Source: Antedon mediterranea
Taxonomy: Eukaryota; Animalia; Echinodermata
Assembly (NCBI RefSeq): GCF_964355755.1
Contig: NC_092670.1
Location: forward strand, 21,128,795 to 21,192,794
DNA length: 64,000 nucleotides
Direction: 5' to 3'
Of this stretch, positions 47,101 to 60,399 are shown one piece after another. The notes under the pieces were generated by a model that searched no databases, was not told the DNA's origin, and saw only the letters and a program-made list of their open reading frames with translations. Numbering within the stretch: position 1 is the stretch's first letter; each line of letters starts with the position of its first letter. The translations under genes were made by a program, and so were the position numbers.

Positions 47101-50100
47101 CCTACTCTACCCTTACTCCTTTCTTATGCACTCATCTATCGCTTACACTACCTACTCTACCCTTACTCCTTTCTTATGCACTCATCTATCCCTCACACTA
47201 CCTACTCTACCCTTACTCCTTTCTTATGCACTCATCTATCCCTCACACTACCTACTCTACCCTTACTCCTTTCTTATGCACTCATCTATCCCTCACACTA
47301 CCTACTCTACCCTTACTCCTTTCTTATGCACTCATCTATCCCTCACACTACCTACTCTACCCTTACTCCTTTCTTATGCACTCATCTATCCCTCACACTA
47401 CCTACTCTACCCTTACTCCTTTCTTATGCACTCATCTATCCCTCACACTACCTACTCTACCCTTACTCCTTTCTTATGCACTCATCTATCCCTCACACTA
47501 CCTACTCTACCCTTACTCCTTTCTTATGCACTCATCTATCGCTTACACTACCTACTCTACCCTTACTCCTTTCTTATGCACTCATCTATCCCTCACACTA
47601 CCTACTCTACCCTTACTCCTTTCTTATGCACTCATCTATCCCTCACACTACCTACTCTACCCTTACTCCTTTCTTATGCACTCATCTATCCCTCACACTA
47701 CCTACTCTACCCTTACTCCTTTCTTATGCACTCATCTATCCCTCACACTACCTACTCTACCCTTACTCCTTTCTTATGCACTCATCTATCGCTTACACTA
47801 CCTACTCTACCCTTTACTCCTTTCTTATGCACACATCTATCCCTCACACTACCTACTCTACCCTTTACTCCTTTCTTATGCACTCATCTATCGCTTACAC
47901 TACCTACTCTACCCTTTACTCCTTTCTTATGCACTCATCTATCCCTTACACTACCTACTCTACCCTTTACTCCTCTCTCTATGCATTCATGCTTATTTAT
48001 ACCTGTATTTGGACCTTCTTTCTATGCACTCATCTATCCCTCACACTACCTACTCTACCCTTACTCCTTTCTTATGCACTCATCTATCGCTTACACTACC
48101 TACTCTACCCTTTACTCCTTTCTTATGCACTCATCTATCCCTCACACTACCTACTCTACCCTTTACTCCTTTCTTATGCACTCATCTATCGCTTACACTA
48201 CCTACTCTACCCTTTACTCCTTTCTTATGCACTCATCTATCGCTTACACTACCTACTCGACCCTTTACTCCTCTCTATATGCATTCATGCTTATTTATAT
48301 ACCTGTATTTGGACCTTCTTTCTATGCACTCATCTATCGCTTACACTACCTACTCTACCCTTTACTCCTTTCTTATGCACTCATCTATCCCTTACACTAC
48401 CTACTCTACCCTTTACTCCTCTCTCTATGCATTCATGCTTATTTATATACCTGTATTTGGACCTTCTTTCCTAACAGTTAGTGTCACTGCATTGTTTCCA
48501 CAGTTACACACAACTTCATTTCCACCGTCACTGTTCTGAGTTGGCAGCGATGACAGAGGTTGCCTTGCCATTGATGAAAATGATGATTGATTTTGGAATG
48601 ATGAGGATGAAAAAGAGGATGATGACGAGCCATATCCGGATGATGATGAACCATATCCTGATGATGATGATGCTGATGATGAGTTGGACATAAATGATGA
48701 CATATTTCTTTGACCTTTGAAAAAAAAAAGAAATGTTTTTCATTTCTGTGACTTCACTTTTACAGTTTTATAGAGTTGATTAAAAAACAATTCTATATAT
48801 TAAATAGAGTTTGAATGAGCATTGTTTAAGGTTATTCAGTATATAACTCACCTCTGTTGCTACCAGACCCCCTAGATGAGGTACCATTGTTGTTCCTTGA
48901 AGAGTTGTTACCACCGCGCCCTCTCCGTGCGCCTCCCTGTGTGGGTAAACGTGTTGTTGTAGAGACACCTATAAATTAAAGTGTCTTTATTATTACACTT
49001 CATACCAATGCATTTTGTCTACAAAGGCTTAATAATGATTGAATGATTCTCTCCAGAATAAATTAGGTAAGTGATTACCTGTTCGAATTGATGGCTGTTT
49101 GAGGTACGTCATGTTGAGGTCAAGGGCTTCGACAAGGTCTTTGTCACAGCCTCCGAGACAACTCACATACTCTGTCGGTATGTAGGGCGGTATAGATCCC
49201 CGTTTGAATGTGAACTTCATTAACTTCACTGGATCCTCACTACACTGAAGGAAAAAGAGTAATGGAAATAGGAGTGGAAGACACAGAAACTGTTTCTAAG
49301 GCTTATCATTTAATAATTGATGGAGTTACATAGGAGCAGTTATTCTGCTTGGAATCATGTTTTATACTTACTGTACTCCTGGTAAAAATGTAGGCCTACT
49401 TTTCAACTTGCTGAATAAAATATTAAATTTTAAAAATGTTAAAGACCTACATTGTTACAAGTTTGATCCATAAGCTCCACAGTCAAGACGTTGTTTGGCA
49501 AGAATAGTGCTGCCTTACAGTCTGGGAAACCCATACATGACATCATGTACCCGCCATCTTTCTTAGTCTTAAGGACCATGTGCTCTCCACATTGAGGGCA
49601 TTTTCGAACTGGTAGCACGGCATCTTGTTGAGCATTGACCTGGTTTGTGGCTTCATGGGGGTCTTGTTGGAAGTAATGTCCAAGTGCTTGGTCTAAACTG
49701 ATAGCCTATGAAAAAACGTGTAACATGAACAAATTACTATATTTGTGAATAACAAATAAATTAACTCAAATACAGGAAAAATTAAATTAAATTTTAATTG
49801 AAATATTAATGGAGACAATTCTAAAGGGAGAACATTTACCTTTTCAGCAGCTTCAATATAAACCTGTTTGTACTTGGCCACCTGTTCTCTGAGCACCACT
49901 TCTGCATCTTTCTCACCAACGCATATCCTACGAAATATGTTCACAAACTTATTATTATAAGAGATGTATTGTAAAAATACAAACATTGATCAGGCCATTT
50001 CGCTTCCTAAACAATATTACAAACACTGTATTAAAGCATGCTTGCTATATGCCTAATTTAAAACTATTGTATCATACCATAGTCATACCTTTTCAAATCA

Positions 50101-53100
50101 GCTTCTAATTCTGCCCTTAGATCAGGCTTGGACAACTCGTACCCCATGTTATCATAGCCTTCTACAAGGCCCATTCCTAGCTCTCCCGGGACTAGTTTAC
50201 CATCTGGCCTAGTCCCCACATACATCCTTGATTTAATGGTTTCAATATGCTCTGCATGCGTTGCATCGGTGCCTGTGGAACAAAAATGTTTGTTGCAGAT
50301 ACAGCACATTTATCTAGCATTAGTATGCTTTTTTTATTTATATTTCATTTCACTTTACTGATAACTTAAATAAAGTGGAGGTGCCTAAATGAAAGCATGT
50401 ATTGTAATATATACTCTTTGGTAGCAAAATAAATTGATTTAATTTAATAAAAATTTTAAAACACTATTTACCAATGCCATGTTTATCCATAAGAGTGATA
50501 AGATCAGCTTCAGTAAGCAACGGAGGAGGACATGTCTCCCCATCTATCATCTACAAAAAGACAATAAATGAAATAAAAGAGTGCAAACCCTGGTTTTCTA
50601 ACTTTAAAGTTAAAAACAAGACAAGCTGTGTAATAAAGATAAAAAATATTTTATAGCTGAGCAAATTTCAGCATAGATACAACTCATATTAATCCTATAA
50701 GTGGTATATATATATGGTATATTACAAATCTGCACCATGCCTACAATAAGAGAGTTTGTAGGTTCAAATCGAAATGTTTCAATTTTTACCAAATAAAGAT
50801 TTACAGACAAGATCGCTTTAAGTCATCTTCCTTTGTTTTAATTAACTCCTATCTGTTTTTGAAAATTTGATTCTTTAAATCAGTAATTTGTTTGTTTGTT
50901 TGTTTGTTTGTTTGTTTGTTTTATTCGGTACTCAACAACAAAAATACCAGGATTCAAATTTACTGTTTTTAAAGATGTATTGTCCCTTTGACAAATTCCA
51001 AAAAAATTTTAAAAAAAGATTTTAAAAAAAAGTGGGTCATTTTGAAGTATCATAATAGTTATTAACTTTCACCAAAAATTAGTCGAAAAAAAAAATCATT
51101 TAACTGAAATACAGACATTTTTTTTGTTCAAAACATATCTCATAACACGCTTGTTTGGCTACTCTGTATGCATAATGATAAAATTCCTCGCGATCTGTGT
51201 GAAAACACATTCTCAACCGTGACGAGTTGTAAACAATCCTAATTAGCATCATGCATAATGCATACTCATGGTTTAAAATCTTTGTTTACTTTCGCTTGCG
51301 ACGATTTTCCCGACAAAATGTAATCAAATTAATTTACCTGTTAATTTACGTAAACTCGTTGTTTTTGGCTCGAATTTTTGACTAATAGTGAATAACTTTA
51401 ATATTACTTTGATATGGCCAATTTAAATTTAGAATATTTTGACCTTCATTTTTTTGTGTTTCGAAGGGACAATACATCTTTAATGAAAACAATAAATATT
51501 TCTATTGCCATACCTCTAAGACAGTTGGATTGAAGGTATCACCAACGTTATAGACAGGAATAACTTTAGCAAACCACTTATCATACGGGTAGACGTCCAG
51601 ATAGTTACGAGCAATGATCATTAATCCCTGCGCTGTGAAGTTCTCCTTTGCCAACTCAATTTCTACAGTAGTTTCCTTACCTTGTGCGTCCTTTATAAAA
51701 CACATTCACATATTTTAAGTAGAAGTTAATTTTTTTATCTGAAACTTTACTCATACAATATAGTATATAATAAAATTAAGAAGCATCCAAGAGTACAATG
51801 TCTTGTACTTGTGTTAAAACTATGACAAATATGACTAGAAAATTCGGGAATAGTGAAAATATAAGTTTTCACTAGCCCAAGATGACGTAAAGTTTGGCAA
51901 GCAAAATGGCATGTGGGCTAGTACAGTCTCGTACAGATAACTAGTCCAGTTTCCTTCTACGTTTAATTTATTAGTCTCCTTCGAAAATTCTGGAATAGTG
52001 AAATTTTAACACAAGTTTTCACTAGCCCAAGATGATTTAATGTTTGGACAAGCAAAATGGCATGTGGGCTAGTACAGTCTCGTACAGCAAATAGTCCAGT
52101 TTCCTTCTACTTCTCAATACAAAAGGAACAACACTAGTTATATATATTTCTATCCTTCGATTTCTGGAGGCTTTTTTTTTTTGAATAAAATAAAATTGAA
52201 ATATTACCTGTGAGCAGCAAGCCAAGAAATGCCTACAAACAAGCTCATAAATGCGGTGGTCGTCTCCTTGCAGCGTTCCTGTGTATTTGGTTGGATGGAT
52301 TGGGGGATGAGCATTGTCAGTATCTTTACCTCTCCTCGGCGTCGGTCCGCTCCGTAGCAGTTCAGCTGCAAAACCTGTTGGACAAGTATCGTATCATTTA
52401 TTTCGGCAATTTTCAAATACTGTACAATGTAAGGCATAAAACAGTACAAAAGTAAATCAATGAGGCAGGATCACCTAAAAGTTATAAATAAAAATAACCG
52501 TGGAAAGGCTCTCCACATACTTACATAAAATGAATTACATACATAAAAAACATGTGTTTTTATGTTTACGGTTTATATATACAGTATATATAAATTGAAT
52601 TATCAAACGCGAATAAAATAAAATGTAAGACATATCATAAACGACTTACCACCCCATTGTCTATCCTGGGTCTGTTCCTGAATAAGCGGAATTAAGTCCA
52701 ATTCCTTGGGGAAAATGTTTGTTTCTGTACGTGGATAACTGATGAACCTAGAAAAAATTACAATTAAATGAATACTTGGTTTTTTCCATGGGGTGGAGGG
52801 TGGTTGGACACCCAGTTGGTACTAAAAATAAAAACCAACTAGTTCAGGAGAACCAACGTTGGCCATCCAGCAAAACCCCGCCAGTCTCAAGAAAAGATAG
52901 GCACCACTGGGAGATATGGCTTATGCCAGTGTATCGTATCATGATGAGTGCAACTACTAATTCCCCTATGAAAGGACTTTGCACTGTATCTCATCTGCGT
53001 CATGGGACGACTAAAACTAGAATATTTGATTGAGAATGAAGATTTAGACAAAAGATCTAATGTACTCTATCAATATTAATTTAATACTTTAATATTATTG

Positions 53101-56100
53101 GTACTATGAGATACACTTACCCTTTTGTGTACAGTTTTTCAGCTATTTTCATCGTTTCCTTTGGACTAATCTTCAGTTTTCTTGAAGCAAGTTTTTCTAA
53201 CTCCTAAGATATGTAAAATACAATTTAGAAGTTACACAACTTGGCATTGAGGACCAATTGGTTAAAGTAATGTCTGTAATTATTTAGTTTTATATAACAA
53301 TAAATGAAACTATTAAAAAATATTCAACTAGTAAATTTAATTATATAGTGATTGAAAAGTGTTTTTTGGTTAACATTTTATCTTGTTTTTATCATAATTG
53401 TTTATATAGCTTTTGGATATCAAGTTTTCCAAGCTCTCTTTCATTTTATCAATTATTATTTGTTTTATCCAATGTAAATGTTTTAACATGATGAATAAAC
53501 TTGAATTGAAAAGAAGGACACTGAATAGCCATTCTTCAACACTGGGCTTTTTCATCTATTAGCATTACCATGATGATAACAAAGTAAACCTACAACTGTG
53601 TTCATTGGTGTAGGTCTCCATTTGCTTTTATCTCGACTTCTGACATCAATGACCTTTGCCAAAGGATTCTGCAAAAGAGATAAATTTAATTTGTCAAACG
53701 TAAATATTGACTGCCTCTCGTAGGTGGATCCGGTCAGCTGGGACGATTTATCCTAAATTTTGATCAGTACAATGCAAGGTCTGTCTACACTATCAAACGT
53801 TATGTGACAAAAAATGATGTCATATCACTACCATATTTGGGCATATCACTACTATATTTGGGCACATCGCACTTTTTTTGTCAAACTAGTTTGATAGTGT
53901 AGACAGAGCTGAAGGTTAAGTTTGAACTTCATTTGATACACTTTTAAGTTTACATGTTTTAAATTATGTACCGACTAACCTCAACACAGACTTCAAATAA
54001 AACCTGACATGCCAAACGATCAAATAACCTGTGTCGCTTCCAATTGAATTCAACTTTATCTTCGTCTCTCTGATGCATAACTAGATATGAAGATTAATTA
54101 TAACAGAATAAAATAAACAAAGAAAAATATGCTTTATTTATAATACAATAGTACCGGGAGTTAAGAAAAAGGCTCCTTTGGTGGGTCCTTTAAAGATGTA
54201 TTGTCTCCCCCCCCCCCCCCCCCCAAAAAAATGAAGACTAATAAAATCAGACTCTAACTAGGCTATTTTGTAGTTTTAATAGCGTTATTCACTTTAGTGA
54301 AAAAAAAACAAAAAGAATAAATATTTCACTTATAAAAAGACAAACAAAATGGTTAATTTTAACCAAATTGTATGTGACAATTTTGCTGCCAATTCATTTT
54401 TTTTTTTATTCAGTTTTTGGTCAAAGTGGATAATTACAGTATTATGTGTCATTAAAATGGCATATTCAACAACAACAAATGTTTACGGGGACAATATATA
54501 AGAAAGAGGCTCTTATGGTGGGTCCTAGGTGACAAATAAGCTGTATGGTATGGCCTAACCTAACAATAAACTGTTAATGAGTTAAGTGAACACTACTGTA
54601 CCTCTAATCTTGTAAAACACCTCAGGTTGAAATGCCTCGACTTGTTTATAACGTTCAACAACAAAACCTAAGGTGGGAAACTGACAACTACCAAAACTGA
54701 TGAGTTGATTTTCCAAGATTGCAGGAAAAACCTGTCTCAGACGCAACGTCTGAAAACGTGTAAATGCAGCTCCTGAAAGAAATTAAATTATAAAACAAAG
54801 TCTGATTTGCATACAAGTGTTTAAAATTACAATGGCTATCAATACAAAGTCTGATTTGCATACATGTGTTATATTAAAATTACAATGGCTATCAATACAA
54901 AGTCTGATTTGCATACATGTGTTATATTAAAATTACAATGGCTATCAATACAAAGTCTGATTTGCATACATGTGTTATATTAAAATTACAATGGCTATCA
55001 ATACAAAGTCTGATTTGCATACATGTGTGCTATTAAAATTACACTGGCTATCAATACAAAGTCTGATTTGCATACAAGTGTTATATTAAAATTACACTGG
55101 CTATCAATACAAAGTCTGATTTGCATACAAGTTTTATATTAAAATTACAATGGCTATCAATACAAAGTCTGATTTGCATACATGTGTGCTATTAAAATTA
55201 CAATGGCTAAAAGAATACAAATGATGCTATATTAAAATTACACTGGCTAAAAGAATAAAGTCTCATTTACATATTTGTGTTACCACTGGCTATAAGAATA
55301 CAAGTCTCTTTGCCTATATACAATGTTTCATTTGCATACAAGTGTCCACATTAGCTTTGTGGATTTATTAACCTGAGCAGAGAAAGCAGTAAGCTCACCG
55401 ATTCTAAGGTCCAATTGTTGTCTGACGTCAACAGCGGCTGATACTAGGTGGTTTGGTTCCACCAAATTTTGACAAGTTCTAGCAATTGACCTAATTTATA
55501 AAAAAAAATGTCATGACATGTTGTGTTTCTGACTCTTTACAGAGATGTTCTATTGCACTATAATAGAGAGGTTTTGCAATCTTACAAATACGATAACGAA
55601 AACGGATACATCACACACACGTATTCACTTTCGTAAGTCAGTAAAAATGTGTTTCGCATGGCAACAAAATATTGAGGGCGCCTCCCAAAATATGACTGCA
55701 GTAAATCTGAGCGAAGCGCAGGTACGTGTTGCTTGGCTGCCTAGGCCTAGCGTAAGTGAAGGACTTTAAAAACTGCTATTTATCAAAATTAACCTGGCAT
55801 TTTAGTAAATTACTTTCAATTAATCTATAATTATACAGTATTATAATCATGAATCATTCCTGATTCAAATGCAAAATGTGCAAAATAGATCAAAAACTAT
55901 ACTTGTTTTGTAGTTACGAATATGACTGGTGATATTCGTCAACACGAATACACTTTACAAATATGAAATGAAAATCAGCTCAAAAGTTTCACAAATGTGT
56001 GACGTATCCGTTTTTGTTATCGTATTCGTAAGGGTGCGAAACCTCCCTATTAAAGCTCAATGTACACACATATCTGATTAGTAGCTCCATTCTGACATAA

Positions 56101-59100
56101 AATTACTGTACTGCAATTCATTAATTACACTTAAAAATAAAAACAATACTTCACTGTGGAGTTATTTCAGAAAATCTTGCTCTGTAAACTTGTAAATTTC
56201 TTTTCGCTGTTAAAAAAATAAACAAAAACACATTTCTAAGTAATGAATAGCAATGCAATTTTGCTGGTTAGGGTGAAGTTCCTGTTCATGCATCTAGTCT
56301 AAAGCTCTGTCTACACTATCAAACTAGTTTGACAAAAAAAGTGTGCTGTACCCAAATATGGTAGTGATATGCTCAAATATGGTAGTGATATGACATCATC
56401 ATGTCCATATATGGGCACATAACATTTTTTGTCACATAAAGCTTGATAGTGTGGACAGAGCTTAAGAAGCTTCTAGATAAACACAATACTGAATGTCTTA
56501 CCTGCTATACAAGTGTCAATGATTTCAAAGCCAATATTTTCTCCTTCTCTGTCACCATCTGTCCATATGATAAGAATGTCACTTTGTTTAGCTTCTCTTT
56601 CTAAAGTCCTCTGAAAATTAAATAAAAACAAAATTATACCACTATTTTACAGTTTATCGTGCTTATAAAGTCTCATTTGAGTCTAAGGGAGTGGACTTGA
56701 AAGAGTCGTGAGTTACAACCTTGGCACTAGGTCAGGATTGAACCCCGAACCTTGGGATTGGAAGGCAAGCACGTAAACCACAAAGCTACAGCTACACTAC
56801 ATTTACAATATAAATAAAAACAGCCTGGAATATATATCTTGAGACATATTTTGATTTGGAATATTATTTTTTGTTAATTATTTTACTCACCTTAATATCT
56901 TTGAAATTATCTGGACAGACTTTATTAACCTCAGCATCAAACAACACAACAGGATTCCAAGAATTCCTAAAAAAAGATTAAAAGTTTAAAATGAAAAGTT
57001 TAAATGTCATGTTTCTGTCATGAAGGGAGAAAAGTCTTTATTGATGAAGATAATGACAGTTCTAGAAACAGTTATTGACCTAAAATATGTTGAGAAACTT
57101 TAATATAGAGTTTTGAATAGTGAAAATGATTTCGTTAGGTGTACTATGAACAATCTGTTACGATCTTAAAGTCTCTTCTAAATGGGAGAAAATCCTATTT
57201 AGTGTGATTTTCTGTTTTGTATTGTTTGTTGTATATATGGAACTTCTATTCTGAAATAAAGTGATCAATCAATCAATCAATATTGATTAGCTGTAGAATT
57301 AAATAGAATAATCCAGAAATCTATAAATCAAGTAACATAACTTACCAATTTTTATAAATAGCTTTAAAAGCATAATTTAGCAGATGGCCCGACACAGAGG
57401 TCATCTTCATTAAACATTGTTGGTTTAAGATATTGTATTCGAATTCATATATCTTGTTGTACTTGGAAAATCCTTCACGCTACAGAAAAAAATATTCAAA
57501 TACTCATTAAAATTTGCAAATTGTTTTTATCTTACCTTCATGGTTGCAGTGGCCTATAATGGTGTAACTTGTGAACGATACTACTGTACAATATAAATAT
57601 CTTAATAAAGTATAACGTAGCTCAATGTTCTCAATGTTGTTACATAATCAAAAGTTAAAATTAAAATAAAAGTGTATAGTACCATGGTATACTATGTAAA
57701 AAAAGGGGGACAAACAGTAAGGTCAACGAGCCTCTTTGGATAAACTAGTGTATGAAGGAAATGATAAAGCTTAAAAGAAAAGCATGGTTCAGGTATAACT
57801 ATTGGCCAAGCAGATCTAATAAAGCAAAATTTAAAGATGCTAGAAATAAAGTAACATCTATGAAAAGGAAGGCCATTTGGACTTTGAAAAAATGATTGCT
57901 TCCGAAATAAAACAGAAACCCAAATCATTCTAGCGATATGTAAACTCCAAAACCAAAGTTAAAGCGTGACTGCCATCCCTGAAAGATGAGAACAATGTGA
58001 CACAGTGATGATCAGTCCAAGACTGAGATACTTAATACATTTTTCTCTGCAGTTTTTGTAAGGGAAGATATTGATAACGTACCAGAGTTTCAAAGAGTTT
58101 TTGATACAGTTTGTTCTGAAGTTAAAATATCATCCTAAATCGTTGAAAAATAGTATTTGCCTCAGACCTGTGGTCAAGGTGGGCACTGGATGAGAGAAGC
58201 CCTTGATCAATGTTAGGATCAATTAAGGTGCTTTAAACAGTCCTGGCTTTGTTTGTATCAAACCTGTTAGTGGCGGTAATTATCGCTGTTGGTTTCGATT
58301 GAATAAAATAACATTTTTTTAAATGTGACTAAGAGTCCAGGACCTGATGGTATTCACCCTATGATTTTAAGAGAGTGCAGAGCTTATATTTCTGAGTCGC
58401 TAAGTAAAATGTTTTCATTTCATTTTTAAAAAAGGAAGCAGGGTGGAAGTAAATAATTATCGGCCTGTTAGCTTGACTGTTTGTTGTAAAGTTATGGAAA
58501 GCATCATTAGAGATTCTTTAATTAAGCATTTTGTCAACAATAACTTATTATCGGAACATCAACATGGCTTTAGGTCTGGTAGATCTACAACAATGCAATT
58601 ATTAGAGATAGTAGAACATTGGTCTAAGCTTTTAGATGATGGGCATGATATTGATGTGGCATATTTGGACTTGCAGAAGGCCTTCGATTCTGTACCTCAT
58701 ATGAGACTGTTAAGGAAGGTTAAAGCTTATGGTATCTCCGGTAACGACTATAATTGGATTCATTCAAGACTTGTTAAAAGGTAGAAGACAATGAGTAATG
58801 TCAAATGGGACTCTGTCGAAATGGTCGGATGTGATAAGTGGTGTTCCCCTTGGTCCAATTTTATTCTTACTCTTTATCAATGATTTACCTGAAGTTGCAC
58901 TATCAGAAGTCAAGATGTTCGCTGATGATACTAAAGTTCATGATTATGGGGAATCCAAAGAAAAATTGCAGATCTCACTTGATAATATGTTCAGCTGGTC
59001 AACCAAATGGCAACTACCAAAGTTTCAATGCCAACAAGTGCAAGATGTTGTATATGGGGAAAACCAATGAGAAGAATGAGTACTTTGTAGATGTAAAAGA

Positions 59101-60081
59101 ATAAGATAATGTTAAAACTGAAGAGACTGCTATAGAAAAGGATCTCGGAATATACTTTGATCATAAATTGAACTTTGATTATCATATAAATTGCTTTGTT
59201 GCTAAGGCAAATAAAATAGTGGGTCTCATCAAAAGGACTTTTTGTTATCCAACGATAAGGATATGTTTCTTAGTCTATACAAGTCTATAGTCCGCCCTAT
59301 CTTAGTATTCAACTGTTGTGTCAACTGAAAATGGAGTCGGTTCACCGAAGCGCTACCAAGTCATTGTCAGAAATAAAACATTTGGCTTATCCGTATAGAT
59401 TGAAGTTTTCGGGTTTACCTACACTGGAGTACAGACGATTAAGAGCGGATATGATCCAAATCTGCAGAATTATAAATGGTCTTGACGTTATAGAAAGCAG
59501 GAAGTTTTTTACATTTGTTGGTTGTCATGGAACTAGAGGTCATGAATACAAGTTGTATAAAAACAAGTTAAGGCTTAATTCCAGGAAGTTTTCCTTCAGT
59601 TGTAGAGTTGTGGACTCGTGTAATAGCTTACCATCTAATGTTGTAAAAGCTTCAAATTTAAATAAATTTAAGTCACTACTCAATGATCATTGGAAGTTTC
59701 TTGACTGCAAGTTTACTTTTTCACACTTCAGAACATTGTGTGTACACCCTAAGCATCTACATTATGATAATCTTGAGTTACAAGAAGGGAAGGTCATAGA
59801 CATATAGCCTATAAGCTATATTTAGCTTGTCAACCGACCCAATAACATCAAGAAAGTATCAAGCAAGTATCCATCAAAGTCAATAACGGCCATGTGCATG
59901 TGTCAGAATCAATGTACAACAGTATGTGATGTAATAATATTGTTGAATTATTGAATGAATTGAATCGATTGTATGTAAAATAATTGAAATAACTAACCCT
60001 CCGAAATCTACCACCAGACATAATTTCTGATATACACTTTGCAGCGTCATTTTTTTCTGCCACATTCAAAACCCTAGGCAT
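44186..60081 (-). CDS. TOP3A: DNA topoisomerase III alpha (24 exons)
   Basis: Exons (minus): 60081-59998 ([15 protein letters not shown]), 57479-57346 (MTSVSGHL), 56966-56891, 56610-56502 ([11 protein letters not shown]), 56206-56155, 55490-55399, 54772-54602 ([22 protein letters not shown]), 54080-53980, 53668-53594, 53203-53121, 52747-52650 (ISYPRTET, catalytic Tyr), 52374-52208 (AHPPIHP), 51690-51514, 50550-50472, 50272-50089 ([10 protein letters not shown]), 49927-49840, 49705-49451 (Zn ribbon), 49244-49079, 48968-48852, 48714-48451, 45182-44942, 44748-44528 (two GRF fingers), 44388-44311, 44217-44186 (CCHC knuckle, stop). In-frame upstream ATGs at 60252 and 60276. Confidence 0.96.
44765..44853. 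repeat. 20-bp tandem repeat (ATATTCATAATGGCTAAT[G/A]C) x4
   Basis: Direct inspection. Confidence 0.9.
45296..45496. mobile_element. Unclassified MITE, partial inverted copy of 33479-33699
   Basis: Shared tgttggtatttgtc(a/g)cagccagacataagatcaaaggactgtta..gcaaggcgagctcagtg. Confidence 0.65.
45540..48450. repeat. 50-bp intronic tandem array (about 2.9 kb) in TOP3A
   Basis: Unit CTCACACTACCTACTCTACCCTTACTCCTTTCTTATGCACTCATCTATCC, very homogeneous; includes three extra copies of the upstream exon end and donor site. Confidence 0.97.
50973..51479. mobile_element. Kolobok-like MITE (inverted copy of 33727-34270)
   Basis: Same TIR and TTAA flanks. Confidence 0.85.
51838..52110. repeat. Tandem duplication, about 148-bp period
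   Basis: gaaaattc.ggaatagtgaaa..aagttttcactagcccaagatga..tagtccagtttccttctac occurs twice. Confidence 0.85.
53777..53910. mobile_element. PIF/Harbinger-like MITE family A
   Basis: Both TIRs present. Confidence 0.8.
54193..54498. mobile_element. Degenerate Kolobok-like MITE
   Basis: ttaaagatgtattgtc ... ggggacaata; flanked by a ~27-bp imperfect direct repeat. Confidence 0.55.
54795..55345. repeat. 53-bp intronic minisatellite (about 10 units)
   Basis: AATACAAAGTCTGATTTGCATACATGTGTTATATTAAAATTACAATGGCTATC repeated; fills most of the intron. Confidence 0.93.
55565..56048. mobile_element. ISL2EU/PIF-like MITE
   Basis: ~45-bp imperfect TIR AG(A/G)GAGGTTT(T/C)GCA..TTAC(A/G)AATACGATAAC(G/A)AAAACGGATAC; AT flanks. 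Confidence 0.7.
56303..56462. mobile_element. PIF/Harbinger-like MITE family A (reference-quality copy)
   Basis: TAA-AGCTCTGTCTACACTATCAAAC...GATAGTGTGGACAGAGCT-TAA. Confidence 0.88.
56640..56793 (-). mobile_element. tRNA(Gly-like)-derived SINE head
   Basis: TGTAGCTTTGTGGTTTACGTGCTTGCCTTCCAATCCCAAGGTTCGGGGTTCAATCC; acceptor stem not intact. Confidence 0.6.
57700..59870 (+). mobile_element. Decayed, 5'-truncated CR1-clade LINE (RT pseudogene) antisense in TOP3A intron 1
   Basis: [71 protein letters not shown] motifs across frameshifted ORFs; boundaries approximate. Confidence 0.92.
58152..58311 (+). mobile_element. 5'-truncated 5S-derived SINE inserted in the CR1 LINE
   Basis: tagtatttgcctcagacctgtggtcaaggtgggcactgga..ggcggtaattatcgctgttggtttcgattgaataaaataa matches the 3' half of copies 1 and 2. 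Confidence 0.88.
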
Positions 60082-60399
60082 TTTTGAGTCTCGACGATCT
60101 GTTAGTTCGCGGACGCCTAGGCCCACACAATTTGTTGTGGAGCCTGAAGGTGAGTATGGGAGAAAGACGTCTCCTTTCTGCTGCCTTGAAAATTCTGATG
60201 AGAATCCCAACAGCCTAGAAAATACCCGTCTTGAAAAACATTGAAAATACATACATAAACGACCACAATATACCATAAATACAAAGTACAAAACAAACAA
60301 CTGCTACACGAGGTAAAAGACGTAATCCAACTTATCAAAATGGACAGAAATCAGTAGACAATTTTTTTAAACACAAAATCAACATTTCAAAGTTTATTT

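Noticed and set aside
45780-48539. Three 850-920 aa plus-strand ORFs
   Set aside because: Artefact of a nearly G-free 50-bp tandem repeat lacking stops in all frames; antisense within a TOP3A intron.
58443-59807. Active reverse transcriptase gene
   Set aside because: Multiple frameshifts, stops and deletions, plus a SINE insertion; a dead CR1 copy.
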